Both the position numbers and the translations under genes were made by a program. A stretch of 64,000 nt of DNA from Methanotrichaceae archaeon (GTDB taxonomy: Archaea; Halobacteriota; Methanosarcinia; Methanotrichales; Methanotrichaceae), in NCBI GenBank assembly GCA_963748825.1, contig CAVVKN010000004.1, positions 64,001 through 128,000 of the forward strand. The letters run 5' to 3'. The notes under the pieces were generated by a model, which was not told the origin of the DNA, did not search any database, and saw only the letters and a program-made list of their open reading frames with translations. Shown piece by piece: positions 55,280 through 64,000 of this stretch. Within the stretch, counting starts at the first letter, position 1. Every line of letters begins with the position of its first letter.

Positions 55280-55613
55280 TTGTCATACACCTCATAAATC
55301 CGGATTTTGCAGCCAGAAGAGACAAAATTTGAACCTTCTAGAGCTACAAGCCAGAATAAGCAGTCTGTTCACCTGCAATTCCATATATAATTTTTGTTGG
55401 GCAAAAGTTTTCATTATTGGAGGGAGATCTCTCAATCGGCTCGATTCAAGATTTATAATCTGTAAATAATCCGATATTTCACATCAATTAAAAAATCGAA
55501 TGAACATTATAGCTTTATTCAAAATATAAAGCTCGAAGAGGAGAAAAATCCAGAAAAGTGGATGGGAAATGTTATTTAGGGTGCCACTAATGCGATTAGC
55601 AAGAGAGGAGCGG

Positions 55614-55952
55614 ATGATGAGCGAGCAGGTATGTAAGGCAATTATATACAAAGATTTAGAAGATGTTTATGGTCCCTGTGGATGCGGTATGAATCTGGCC
55701 ACTCTGCCCGTACTTCTTCCCCGAGACTGGGTAATAGTGGAGCGCCCCGCCCAGGCGGAGTATGACGAATTCGGCAAGGGCTTTGATTTCAGGCGAACCT
55801 CGGGATTTACCTGCAACCAGGTCTTTGAGCATGAGATGGATGGCATAGAGTACATGGCCAATTTCTCCTGCTGCTCAGAGTGTGCTGAGAAGGCAGTAGA
55901 GAACGGGTATGCGACCTTCGCCACGAAATCCTATCCGAGAGCACTGCGCTAG
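55614..55952 (+). CDS. Hypothetical Cys-containing protein
   Basis: GAGGAG RBS; PCGCG and CCSEC motifs. Confidence 0.65.
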   Translation: MMSEQVCKAIIYKDLEDVYGPCGCGMNLATLPVLLPRDWVIVERPAQAEYDEFGKGFDFRRTSGFTCNQVFEHEMDGIEYMANFSCCSECAEKAVENGYATFATKSYPRALR

Positions 55953-55983
55953 AAACAAAGAGCGTCCGGCAAGAGGTATCCCT

Positions 55984-56232
55984 TTGAAATACAGAGTATA
56001 TTCAACGCCTTCCTGCCCCAAATGCGAACAACTCAAAGCGGCACTGGGAAAGGCAGGCATCTCTTTTGAGAATCAGGATATGAGCACCCCCAAAGCCCTC
56101 ACGGAGCTACGCATTAACGGGGTATTTACCCTTTCTGCGCCCGTGCTCCAGGCGGACGATAAGTTCTACACAGTAGAGGAGCTTTTCTCCGGTGAGAAGC
56201 TTGTGAATCTGGCCGAGATCCTCAAGAGCTAA
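55984..56232 (+). CDS. Glutaredoxin/NrdH-like redoxin
   Basis: VYSTPSCPKCEQLK and SAPVL; TTG start after GAGGT. Confidence 0.88.
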   Translation: MKYRVYSTPSCPKCEQLKAALGKAGISFENQDMSTPKALTELRINGVFTLSAPVLQADDKFYTVEELFSGEKLVNLAEILKS

Positions 56233-56906
56233 AACTCCCGGCCCCGCACGCGACCTATATCGAAGACAGCGGTGCTGGCTACATGCATGACCGCGAAGGT
56301 GCCAGCTTGAATGGGATCAGTTACTACCAGATCCGCCTGCTCGGGAACCGAGCCGGCCATCTTCAGAGCGATAACCGGTATCCCTTCTTCCTGTAGCCTT
56401 TTCACCTCTTTCGTGATGCGTCCGCCCATGAGGGCTCCGGCCAATACCAGGATAGAGGCACGCGGCAGCCGGCGCACAGCGCTCACGGCATCGGCAATAG
56501 CATCTTCTCCCACCAGTGGAATGGTATCCACGCTGATGCGTTCTCCTCGCAGATTATGCCGATCGGCCTCGCTCACAGCTCCCACAGCGACCTGAGCCAC
56601 CTGGGCGCCGCCGCCTATGATGATCACCCGGGAGCCGTAGATCTTCTCGAAAGGCTCGTGGATGGAAACCTCGAAGACGGAATCAAAAGAGGCCAGCTCT
56701 TCCACCACCACCAAAACATCCTCGGCAGGACAGTCTATCTCCATATAAACCGAGGCTTTGCCCCGGTTCATGCCTCTTTCCACTACAAACTGTTGAGTGT
56801 AAACAATGTTGCCGCCCCTTTTGGCCACCGCGCCGGCGATGTCGCGCAGCATTCCCGGGCGATCCAGACATATCACATTAATCGCGGTACTCATATCGTG
56901 CCTCAT
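56229..56906 (-). CDS. ACT-domain protein (DUF5612-like)
   Basis: N-terminal ACT domain; GGGAQVAQVA.GA..EADRHNLRGERISVDTIPLVGE. Confidence 0.88.
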   Translation of the reverse strand: MRHDMSTAINVICLDRPGMLRDIAGAVAKRGGNIVYTQQFVVERGMNRGKASVYMEIDCPAEDVLVVVEELASFDSVFEVSIHEPFEKIYGSRVIIIGGGAQVAQVAVGAVSEADRHNLRGERISVDTIPLVGEDAIADAVSAVRRLPRASILVLAGALMGGRITKEVKRLQEEGIPVIALKMAGSVPEQADLVVTDPIQAGTFAVMHVASTAVFDIGRVRGREF

Positions 56907-56961
56907 TCATCACCAAGGATACTGGGAAACTTTAATATGACGAGTGGTTTACTTTATATCG

Positions 56962-57270
56962 ATGGATTTTTGTCCCCAATGTAAGAGCATGATGATGCCC
57001 AAGGACGGCATGATGGTCTGCAGAAAGTGCGGCCACAAGATAGCGAGAACTGTAGGCGAATCCATGGTCAGCAAGACCAAGCAGCTGGATCGCGTAGTGC
57101 CGGTCTTAGAGCAGGAGTCATCGGGCCTGCCTACTACCAATTCCAGGTGTCCGGAGTGCGGCAATAATATCGCATACTGGTGGCTTCGCCAGCTTCGTTC
57201 TGCTGATGAGAGCGAGGTTCGCTTCTTCCGCTGCACCAAATGCAGCAGAACCTGGCGAGAGTATGACTAA
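56962..57270 (+). CDS. tfs: Transcription factor S
   Basis: Two Zn ribbons; QLRSADESEVRFFRCTKC. Confidence 0.95.
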   Translation: MDFCPQCKSMMMPKDGMMVCRKCGHKIARTVGESMVSKTKQLDRVVPVLEQESSGLPTTNSRCPECGNNIAYWWLRQLRSADESEVRFFRCTKCSRTWREYD

Positions 57271-57302
57271 GCATCAACTATATTAAATATTAAACGGTTC
57301 TG

Positions 57303-58055
57303 ATGGAGGAGGCTCAAGGAATGTTCAAGGCAGTAATCAACGCAGAAACTCTGCGCGATGCAATCGATTCAGTCTCTTCTCTGGTGGATGAGGTCAAGTT
57401 CTCCATATCGGAAAATGGCCTGGAACTTAAGGCGGTAGACCCTGCGAACGTGGCTATGGTTTCGCTTAAGATTGGCAATGAGGCCTTCGAATACTTCAAA
57501 GCCGATACTTGTGAAATCGGCATAGACTTGGTTCGGCTCAGTGATGTTCTGAGCATGGCCGATAAGGGCGAAAATGTGCAACTGGAGCTAGAAGAAGAGA
57601 GCCACAAGCTGAAGATTGGAGTGGGGTCCCTCTCCTACACCTTAAGCCTGATCGATCCCACAGCCATCCGCAAAGAGCCGCGCATACCAGAACTGGATCT
57701 GCCGGCCCACGTGACACTCCCTGGAGTGGAGCTACGCCGGGCGGTAAAAGCCGCAGAAAAGGTCAGCGATCATGTAATACTGGGCGTCTCAGATGAGGGC
57801 TTTTACATGGAAGCCAAAGGAGACATCGATTCGCTCAAGCTAAAGATTCCCAGCACCGAGCTTTTGGGCATGAAGCCCGGCGAGGCCAGGAGCCTCTTCT
57901 CCCTGGACTATCTGGAAGACATGTCCAAATCCATCAGCAAGGCAGGCGAGGTCACACTAGAGATGGGTATAGACTACCCGCTGCGCATTCACCTCAAGCT
58001 CGGCCAACATGTGGAGATCAATTACCTCCTAGCTCCTAGAATTGAACAGGAATGA
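57303..58055 (+). CDS. pcn: DNA polymerase sliding clamp PCNA
   Basis: AVDPANVAMV, SLFSLDYL and YLLAPRIE. Confidence 0.96.
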   Translation: MEEAQGMFKAVINAETLRDAIDSVSSLVDEVKFSISENGLELKAVDPANVAMVSLKIGNEAFEYFKADTCEIGIDLVRLSDVLSMADKGENVQLELEEESHKLKIGVGSLSYTLSLIDPTAIRKEPRIPELDLPAHVTLPGVELRRAVKAAEKVSDHVILGVSDEGFYMEAKGDIDSLKLKIPSTELLGMKPGEARSLFSLDYLEDMSKSISKAGEVTLEMGIDYPLRIHLKLGQHVEINYLLAPRIEQE

Positions 58056-59074
58056 GGATCTCCGATTACCCTTTTACTGAAATTGCTGCTGCCCTGGTGC
58101 GGTCAGCCGGCTATTCTTTAGAAAGCCTTCTTGGCAAAACCTCTTTTAAGACGGTACGGGGCCGGGCCGCAGAAAGGGTGGCGGGAGCCATGAGTGGCAC
58201 TATTTCGGAAAGCTCGGCCAATACGGATGCTGAGCTTTTGGCTGAGCTTCTCTCTTATCCTCTGGCCAGAGTCATGGTCTCGTGTCTAGGCGATTCCATT
58301 TTGCTGCGCCGCTATGCTCTGGCCGAGGCAAAGCTGGCCTATCGAAGGATGCAAAATGAGAAGGAAGGGCTGGCGACCATCGCAGACGACCTGGGGCTTC
58401 ACCCCCAGGGACCGGGGCCCTACAAGATTCATTTTTCCGAGTATATTCGGGCGGCGCACAGCATGCACAGCCCTAAATGGAAGCTGACGAACAGGGATCT
58501 CTCAGAGGGCTACCTCACCATTACAGAAGAGGAGCTGAAACGAATCATGGAAGAAGCTGCCCGGGAGAAGATCTTAAAAGGGCTGCCTCTGCCCGTAGAC
58601 GAGAAGATTTGCGCCACTCTCCAGGAATACCTGGGGCCGCTCAAAGAACAGCTAGATATTATAAGAGCCCGCGACAAGGTGGACCTCGGCAAGGTTGAGG
58701 AAGGGGCCTTTCCGCCCTGCATCAAGAAGATGCTCTCCGAGGTTGCCAAAGGCACCAACCTGGCCCACAGTGCGCGCTTTGCTCTGGTCAGTTTTCTTTT
58801 GCAGATCAATATGACCGCCGTTGAGATCGTATCACTCTTCAACACCAGCCCGGACTTTGATGAGGAGAGGACAAGATACCAGGTGGAGCACATCGCCGGG
58901 GCCTCCGGCACTCACTACAAGCCACCGGCCTGTGCCACCATGGCCACCTACGGCAACTGTCCCGGCGAGGACGAGCTCTGCCGCAGGATAAGGCATCCCC
59001 TCAGCTACTATGAGCGACGGATGAGGACTTTCAAGCCCCTTCCGCCTGAGAAAGAGCAGAAACAAGGGACCTAA
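58052..59074 (+). CDS. priL: DNA primase large subunit
   Basis: FPPCIK, NLAHSARF, PDFDEERTRYQVEHI and Y.PP.C.TM...G.C. Confidence 0.95.
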   Translation: MRISDYPFTEIAAALVRSAGYSLESLLGKTSFKTVRGRAAERVAGAMSGTISESSANTDAELLAELLSYPLARVMVSCLGDSILLRRYALAEAKLAYRRMQNEKEGLATIADDLGLHPQGPGPYKIHFSEYIRAAHSMHSPKWKLTNRDLSEGYLTITEEELKRIMEEAAREKILKGLPLPVDEKICATLQEYLGPLKEQLDIIRARDKVDLGKVEEGAFPPCIKKMLSEVAKGTNLAHSARFALVSFLLQINMTAVEIVSLFNTSPDFDEERTRYQVEHIAGASGTHYKPPACATMATYGNCPGEDELCRRIRHPLSYYERRMRTFKPLPPEKEQKQGT

Positions 59075-60798
59075 GCCGGGCATTCTCCAACATTCGTTGG
59101 CCTGGCCAGCAGTTTTATCTCATCATGCCCCAGGGGCTGAAAGCCCAGGCCCGCATCAATCGCAGCCTGCTTTTCTGCAAAGCCCACGTCCGCCCGTCCG
59201 GAGGCGACGGCGGCAGCCACAGCCGAATGCGTCCTGGCCGCCCGCACATACTTTGGATGAGAGAGGCCCAGGGCCAGAAGGTGTCGCTCAAATGCGGCAT
59301 GCATGGCAGAGTCGCGCTGCCAGCCCACAATGCGCAGGCCGGCAAGGTCCGACAATGCACCAGCATCCCGGAAGACCAGGCCCAGCTCTCTTTTGAAGCT
59401 CCAGATCAGCTCCATTCCTTCCGCTGCCGCCTTCGGCCCGGAAACACAGGCCAGGTCAGCCACGCCGTCCTCCAGGTAGAGCCTGGCTCGCACCGAACCG
59501 GTGTTCAGAAGTCTGAGATTCCAGGGCAGGCTCTCGGCCAGATTTTCCAGCAGAATGCAGTTTTCGCCCGCCACCACCAGATCAGAAGGTTCCACCTCAC
59601 GAAAGAGTTCCACCCCTACCTTCTCGCCCTTCTCCAGAAACTCCACGCCTGCCGGGATGTCTATAACCCCATCCGCCCCGGCCAGGGTGGTGATAGAGCC
59701 GCTGCCCTTGTCCACTGGATAGACCAGATCACCGGATAGGCCCACGGCCAGCATCTGGCGGCGGCCCTCCAAGCGCAGCGGCCCGGCCAGCCGTCCTGCC
59801 GCCCTTTTCCCCGTATGCTTTTGGCCTAAAGCGGCGCGAATGGCGGGAGCTGCCAGGCAGGAGAAGACGGTAAGCGCACTGGTAGGGTAGCCGGGCAGGC
59901 CCAGGCAGGGCTTGTCATCGATCTGGCCGAAGATGGTGGGCTTGCCGGGCTTGAGGTTCACGCCGTGAAATATCAGCTCGCCGATCTCGTCTATTACCTG
60001 AAATATCATGTCGCCCGCACCAGCGGAGGTGCTGCCGCTCACCAGGATCATGTCGCACTCTGTGGCCATCTTCTGCAACGCCTTGGCCATTGATCCCTTT
60101 TCATCGGGAAGGATGCCGTAGGGAACGGCACGAGCGCCGCAGTCGGCAACAGCCGCAGCAATGGTATAGGTGTTGATGTCGTAGATTTGGCCAGCAGCCA
60201 GAGGCTGGCCGGGAGGCACCAGCTCATTGCCGGTAGAGGCCACGCCCACCAACAGGCTGCGCACAGCCACATCCGTGCGACCCAAAGCTGCCAGAACCCC
60301 GATCTCGCGCGCGGCGAGCTTTGTGCCAGGAAAGAGCAAGGCTTCGCCAAAAGAGATGTCGCTTCCCGCCGCCTGCACGTTCTCGCTGCTGAAAACGGGC
60401 CTTCTGATCAGGACCCGATCTCCTTGGGCCTGACTGTATTCAATCATGACAACCGCGTCTGAACCTGTCGGCATCATGGAGCCGGTGGACACCTCCGCAG
60501 CCTCACCCTGCGCTACGCGCAGAGAGGGGAGAACGCCCATGGGCACGGTGCCTGCCAGCCGCAGGCAGACGGGCCGGTCCTCTCTGGCGGCCAAAGTGTC
60601 TTCGGCCAGCACAGCAAAACCGTCCATGGAGGCGCGAGAGAAGCCCGGCACGTCCAGAGAGGAGACGACCTTCTCGGCCAGGATGCGGCCCCTGACCTCG
60701 GACAGCGGCACAGCCTCCGTTGCCGTGCGGGGAAGGTGGCTCTGGACTATCGATTGGGCTTCCTCCAGGGAGATGAGGCTACGAAACTCCTTACGCAT
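59071..60798 (-). CDS. moeA: Molybdopterin molybdenumtransferase MoeA fused to a C-terminal PBP domain (C-terminus possibly frameshifted)
   Basis: MRKEFRSL start; RASMDGFAV, STGNEL, SGSTSAG, KPGKPT and GLPGYPTS; PBP motif THSAVAAAVASGRADVG. Confidence 0.9.
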   Translation of the reverse strand: MRKEFRSLISLEEAQSIVQSHLPRTATEAVPLSEVRGRILAEKVVSSLDVPGFSRASMDGFAVLAEDTLAAREDRPVCLRLAGTVPMGVLPSLRVAQGEAAEVSTGSMMPTGSDAVVMIEYSQAQGDRVLIRRPVFSSENVQAAGSDISFGEALLFPGTKLAAREIGVLAALGRTDVAVRSLLVGVASTGNELVPPGQPLAAGQIYDINTYTIAAAVADCGARAVPYGILPDEKGSMAKALQKMATECDMILVSGSTSAGAGDMIFQVIDEIGELIFHGVNLKPGKPTIFGQIDDKPCLGLPGYPTSALTVFSCLAAPAIRAALGQKHTGKRAAGRLAGPLRLEGRRQMLAVGLSGDLVYPVDKGSGSITTLAGADGVIDIPAGVEFLEKGEKVGVELFREVEPSDLVVAGENCILLENLAESLPWNLRLLNTGSVRARLYLEDGVADLACVSGPKAAAEGMELIWSFKRELGLVFRDAGALSDLAGLRIVGWQRDSAMHAAFERHLLALGLSHPKYVRAARTHSAVAAAVASGRADVGFAEKQAAIDAGLGFQPLGHDEIKLLARPTNVGECPA

Positions 60799-60832
60799 GA
60801 GGCTCTTTTTTAGGTCCGAGAAGATATAAAAT

Positions 60833-61924
60833 CTACAGCCTCGCCGCCCTCTGCCGGAGAAGGTGATCGGCCAGCACCAGGGCCACCATGGCCTCGGCCA
60901 CGGGCACAATTCTGGGAGGGATGGCCGGGTCGTGCCTGCCTTTAATCTCGATTTCTGTCGCCTCGCCTCGAGCAAGATCGACCGTATTCTGCCGCTTTGC
61001 AATGGAAGGCGTCGGCTTCACGGAAATGGTGCAGACGATGGGCGCGCCCGTGGAGATGCCGCCCAAAATGCCTCCGGCATGGTTGCTCTCGAAATCAACC
61101 TTGCCCTCCTGCAAGAACCAGGGGATCGTTCATTTCGCTGCCCCGCATGCCGGCGCACTCGCAGCCCGCGCCTATCTCCACCGCCTTCACGGCGCCGATG
61201 CTCATGAGCGCCTTGGCCAGGTCGCCGTCCAGCTTGTCGAAGACCGGCTCGCCAAGACCGGCAGGCACGCCCGTCTGCGGTTATTACTACTACGCCGCCC
61301 AGGCTGTCGCCCTCCGCGCGCACGCTGTCCAGTCGCTCCAGCATCCTTTCCGCCGTAGCGGGATCAGGGCAGCGAACGGCATTGGACTCAGCCTGTGCCT
61401 TAAGCTGCATCAGATCTGAAGAAGCAATTTCTGCCTTTATTCCGCCCAGCTCCGTAACATAAGCCACTATCACAATTCCCGCCTCGTGCCAGCAGCTTCT
61501 TGGCGACGGCTCCCGCGGCAACGCGGCCCACCGTCTCGCGCGCCGAGGCCCGCCCCCCTCCCCGATGGTCACGCAGGCCGTATTTCATCTGATAGGCATA
61601 ATCAGCGTGCCCCGGCCTGGGTTTGTCGCGCAGGAGATCGTAGGCCGAAGAGTCAGCATCCTTGTTCCAGACGAGCAGGGAGATGGGCGTGCCCGTGGTC
61701 TGCCCCTCGAAGATGCCGGATAAAATCTCCACGCGATCCTCTTCCTGCCGGGCTGTGGAGGCGCGGCTCTGGCCGGGACGCCTGCGGTCCAGCTCCTTCT
61801 GAATATCCTCCGCGGCCAGGGCCAGGCCGGCCGGACAGCCGTCCACGACCACGCCCACGGCTCGGCCGTGCGACTCGCCCCAGGTGGTGATGCGAAATAT
61901 GGTGCCAAAGGTATTGCCGGACAT
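60833..61924 (-). CDS. aroC: Chorismate synthase, interrupted by three +1 frameshifts (about 61485, 61271, 61121)
   Basis: [20 protein letters not shown]; GDSLGG; [10 protein letters not shown]; [21 protein letters not shown] and GRHDP lie in successive frames. Confidence 0.9.
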
Positions 61925-61955
61925 TATAGGAGGCCTCGCTTAAATTATGATACTA

Positions 61956-62333
61956 TTAGATCGCGATCATTTTTTCTGCGGAGTTATATTCTCGGTCCCA
62001 TCTTTCCAAAAGTTCTACCGTGCAAAACGCCAAGAAGGTTTCGATTGTAGGCACGTGACCCGCGTATTCTTCGAAGGTTATGTCAGATATTTGCACACCT
62101 TCTGGGTCTTGATCATCAATAAAATCCTTAAAATCAGAAACAGGATCGTCATTGCCTTCGATCCTTACTATGAGATATCGCAAACCTTCAGAATATCGGA
62201 TGCAAGAGAAGAACCTCTCGCAGCCTAATTCCATTGCTTTATAAAAAAGGAAGAATCTGTAATCCATCTCATCTACTTTGTCGCCGCCGATAACGGCTTG
62301 AAGCTTCATATTGGGATTATACGCGAACCTCAT
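61956..62333 (-). CDS. Acylphosphatase-like protein (degenerate)
   Basis: I.G.KV....YR.FL...A..LG...V.IEG pattern of the acylphosphatase fold; canonical GVGYR motif altered. Confidence 0.55.
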   Translation of the reverse strand: MRFAYNPNMKLQAVIGGDKVDEMDYRFFLFYKAMELGCERFFSCIRYSEGLRYLIVRIEGNDDPVSDFKDFIDDQDPEGVQISDITFEEYAGHVPTIETFLAFCTVELLERWDREYNSAEKMIAI

Positions 62334-62350
62334 TAATAACTTCTGTGATC

Positions 62351-63205
62351 TTATTGTCTCAGCGCCTTCGCAATCAGCGGTGCCACCGAGACCGTGCTCA
62401 CGCCCTTGTCCAGTGTGTCCGTGGCCAGCACCGCCTCCACTCCGGAGCGATAGAGCTTGAGGATAGCCGACCCGGTCAAGACGGGATGCACTGCCGCCAG
62501 ATAGACACGACTTGCGCCCTGCTCGCGCAGAAGCGCTATGGCTGTGGCCATGGTTCCGCCTGTAGCGATCATGTCATCGAAGATGACCACGTCCCTGCCC
62601 TTAACGGCCACCTCTTTAGGAGCCATGGAGACCTCGGTTCCGGAGAGGCGGGTCTTTTGCAGGTAATCGCAGTCGCAGCCAAGGCAGGCGGCTGCCGTCT
62701 TCGCCATGGCCACCGCCCCTTTGTCGGGAGAGATGACCACGGTATCCTTCAGTCCCATGCTGCCGATCCTCTCGGCCAGCAGCACAGTCGCATCCAGATT
62801 CTCGATGGGGCACTGGAAATGGGCCATAATGGACGGAGCATGAATGTTGACCAGATGGACACTGCCGTTCTTTAAAAACGGATTCAAGGCCGTGGCCACC
62901 GCCCGGGCGGTCATGGGCTCTCCCGGTTTGAAGATCTTGTCCTGACGGGCGTAGCCGAAATAGGGTATTACCAATGATACATGGCGGCCCTGACAGACGT
63001 CCAGGAGCTGCAAGAGATAGACCAGATCTTGATCGGTGGGTGTAGACTGGATTATTACTATCTCATCATCTAGCTGGGTCACAATCTGAGAGTATGACTC
63101 ACCATCGGGAAATGTCTTGTAATCGCAAAGTGCAAGAGTTTCATTTAAAGTTGTAGCCACCCGGCCAGCGAGAAGCTGGGAGGCAGGCCCTCCAATAATC
63201 ATCAA
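62351..63205 (-). CDS. prs: Ribose-phosphate pyrophosphokinase
   Basis: FPDGE, PYFGYARQDK, SPDKGA and DDMIATGGTM. Confidence 0.96.
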   Translation of the reverse strand: MMIIGGPASQLLAGRVATTLNETLALCDYKTFPDGESYSQIVTQLDDEIVIIQSTPTDQDLVYLLQLLDVCQGRHVSLVIPYFGYARQDKIFKPGEPMTARAVATALNPFLKNGSVHLVNIHAPSIMAHFQCPIENLDATVLLAERIGSMGLKDTVVISPDKGAVAMAKTAAACLGCDCDYLQKTRLSGTEVSMAPKEVAVKGRDVVIFDDMIATGGTMATAIALLREQGASRVYLAAVHPVLTGSAILKLYRSGVEAVLATDTLDKGVSTVSVAPLIAKALRQ

Positions 63206-63214
63206 AAATCACCT

Positions 63215-64000
63215 TTAGCTTCCAACTACCTTCATTCTGAATTTGACGGTGGGCGTAACAATGGCACCAATGGCCCGCACGTCTCTGCCAATCTCGATAT
63301 CCTTTAAGAGCTCGAAGAAATTTCCGGCCAGCATCAAAGAGCGGATGGGCTTCGCCTCTTCTCCCGGCGCGATAAAGAAGGCATTTTTTGCCTCCACAGA
63401 GAAGTCGCCGGAGATGGGATTGGCGGTATGAGCACCAATGAGACCGTTTACCAGATAGCCTTTTGTCTCCGCCAGAAGATCCCGGGCATCAGGGGAGCTG
63501 ACAATGATATTTCGATTTCCCACTCGGGGAACATCGGAGTATCCGGAGCGCACAGCATTACCCGTGGACGGTACGCCCTCCTTTCCGGCCGTGTAGCTGT
63601 CGTAGATATAGCCCTTTAAAATGCCCCCATCAATCAGGACCGTCCTTTGGGAAGGCACACCCTCGCCATCAAAGGCCGAGGAGTCCATGCCGCCGGGAAC
63701 AAGCCCATCATCCGCTATAACGAGGCTCTCGGATGAGATCTTCTCGCCCACCCGTCCTCGAAGAGAGGAGCGACCCTTTTGCACATCGTCTGCAGCAAGA
63801 GCGGGAAGCAGGGTGTACTCGAGCAGCTCCGCCATCGCCAGGGGCCTCAAGAGCACATCAAAGGTTCCGCTCTCGGCCTTGACCCCACCCAAAGAGGAGC
63901 GGGCCATCTCCGCCGCGGCGCGGCCGACCTCCTCCAGCGAGGGCTGATAGCCTCGGGAGATGAAAAACTCGCTTCCTGTCGCCACATCCGCCGCCCTGGC
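63215..64000 (-). CDS. TldD/PmbA family protein (5' part outside the window)
   Basis: FDGEGVP, STGNAVR and GAHTANPISGDFS; frame open to the window edge. Confidence 0.9.
   Translation of the reverse strand, partial: ARAADVATGSEFFISRGYQPSLEEVGRAAAEMARSSLGGVKAESGTFDVLLRPLAMAELLEYTLLPALAADDVQKGRSSLRGRVGEKISSESLVIADDGLVPGGMDSSAFDGEGVPSQRTVLIDGGILKGYIYDSYTAGKEGVPSTGNAVRSGYSDVPRVGNRNIIVSSPDARDLLAETKGYLVNGLIGAHTANPISGDFSVEAKNAFFIAPGEEAKPIRSLMLAGNFFELLKDIEIGRDVRAIGAIVTPTVKFRMKVVGS

Overview
Archaeal chromosomal segment, most consistent with a Methanothrix (Methanosaeta)/Methanosarcinales methanogen. Evidence: archaeal histone, PCNA, PriL, TFS, Orc1/Cdc6, GatE, intron-containing tRNA-Trp and Methanosarcinales-type beta-propeller surface repeats. 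Most of it is housekeeping (pgk, pdxST, hisG, glnA, purD, kae1, nadE, pstS/pstCA, gatE, cdc6, tfs-pcn-priL, moeA, aroC, prs, tRNA-modification enzymes, three tRNAs). Accessory elements are a TnpB-only IS200/IS605-family element, an AT-rich GtrABC-like glycosylation cassette and several large surface proteins. Most notable findings: (1) a four-gene envelope module at 37.4-41.0 kb in which a membrane-spanning wHTH regulator sits with a free secreted paralogue of its own extracellular domain; (2) a candidate hairpin sRNA at about 14.2 kb presenting two anti-Shine-Dalgarno motifs and an anti-AUG; (3) a 30-aa ORF that is a signal peptide plus a 7-residue cargo; (4) a free-standing box C/D sRNA whose guide points at C34 of pre-tRNA-Met. 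elp3, aroC and probably moeA carry single-base frameshifts that look like consensus errors. All calls were made by eye; no searches were run.
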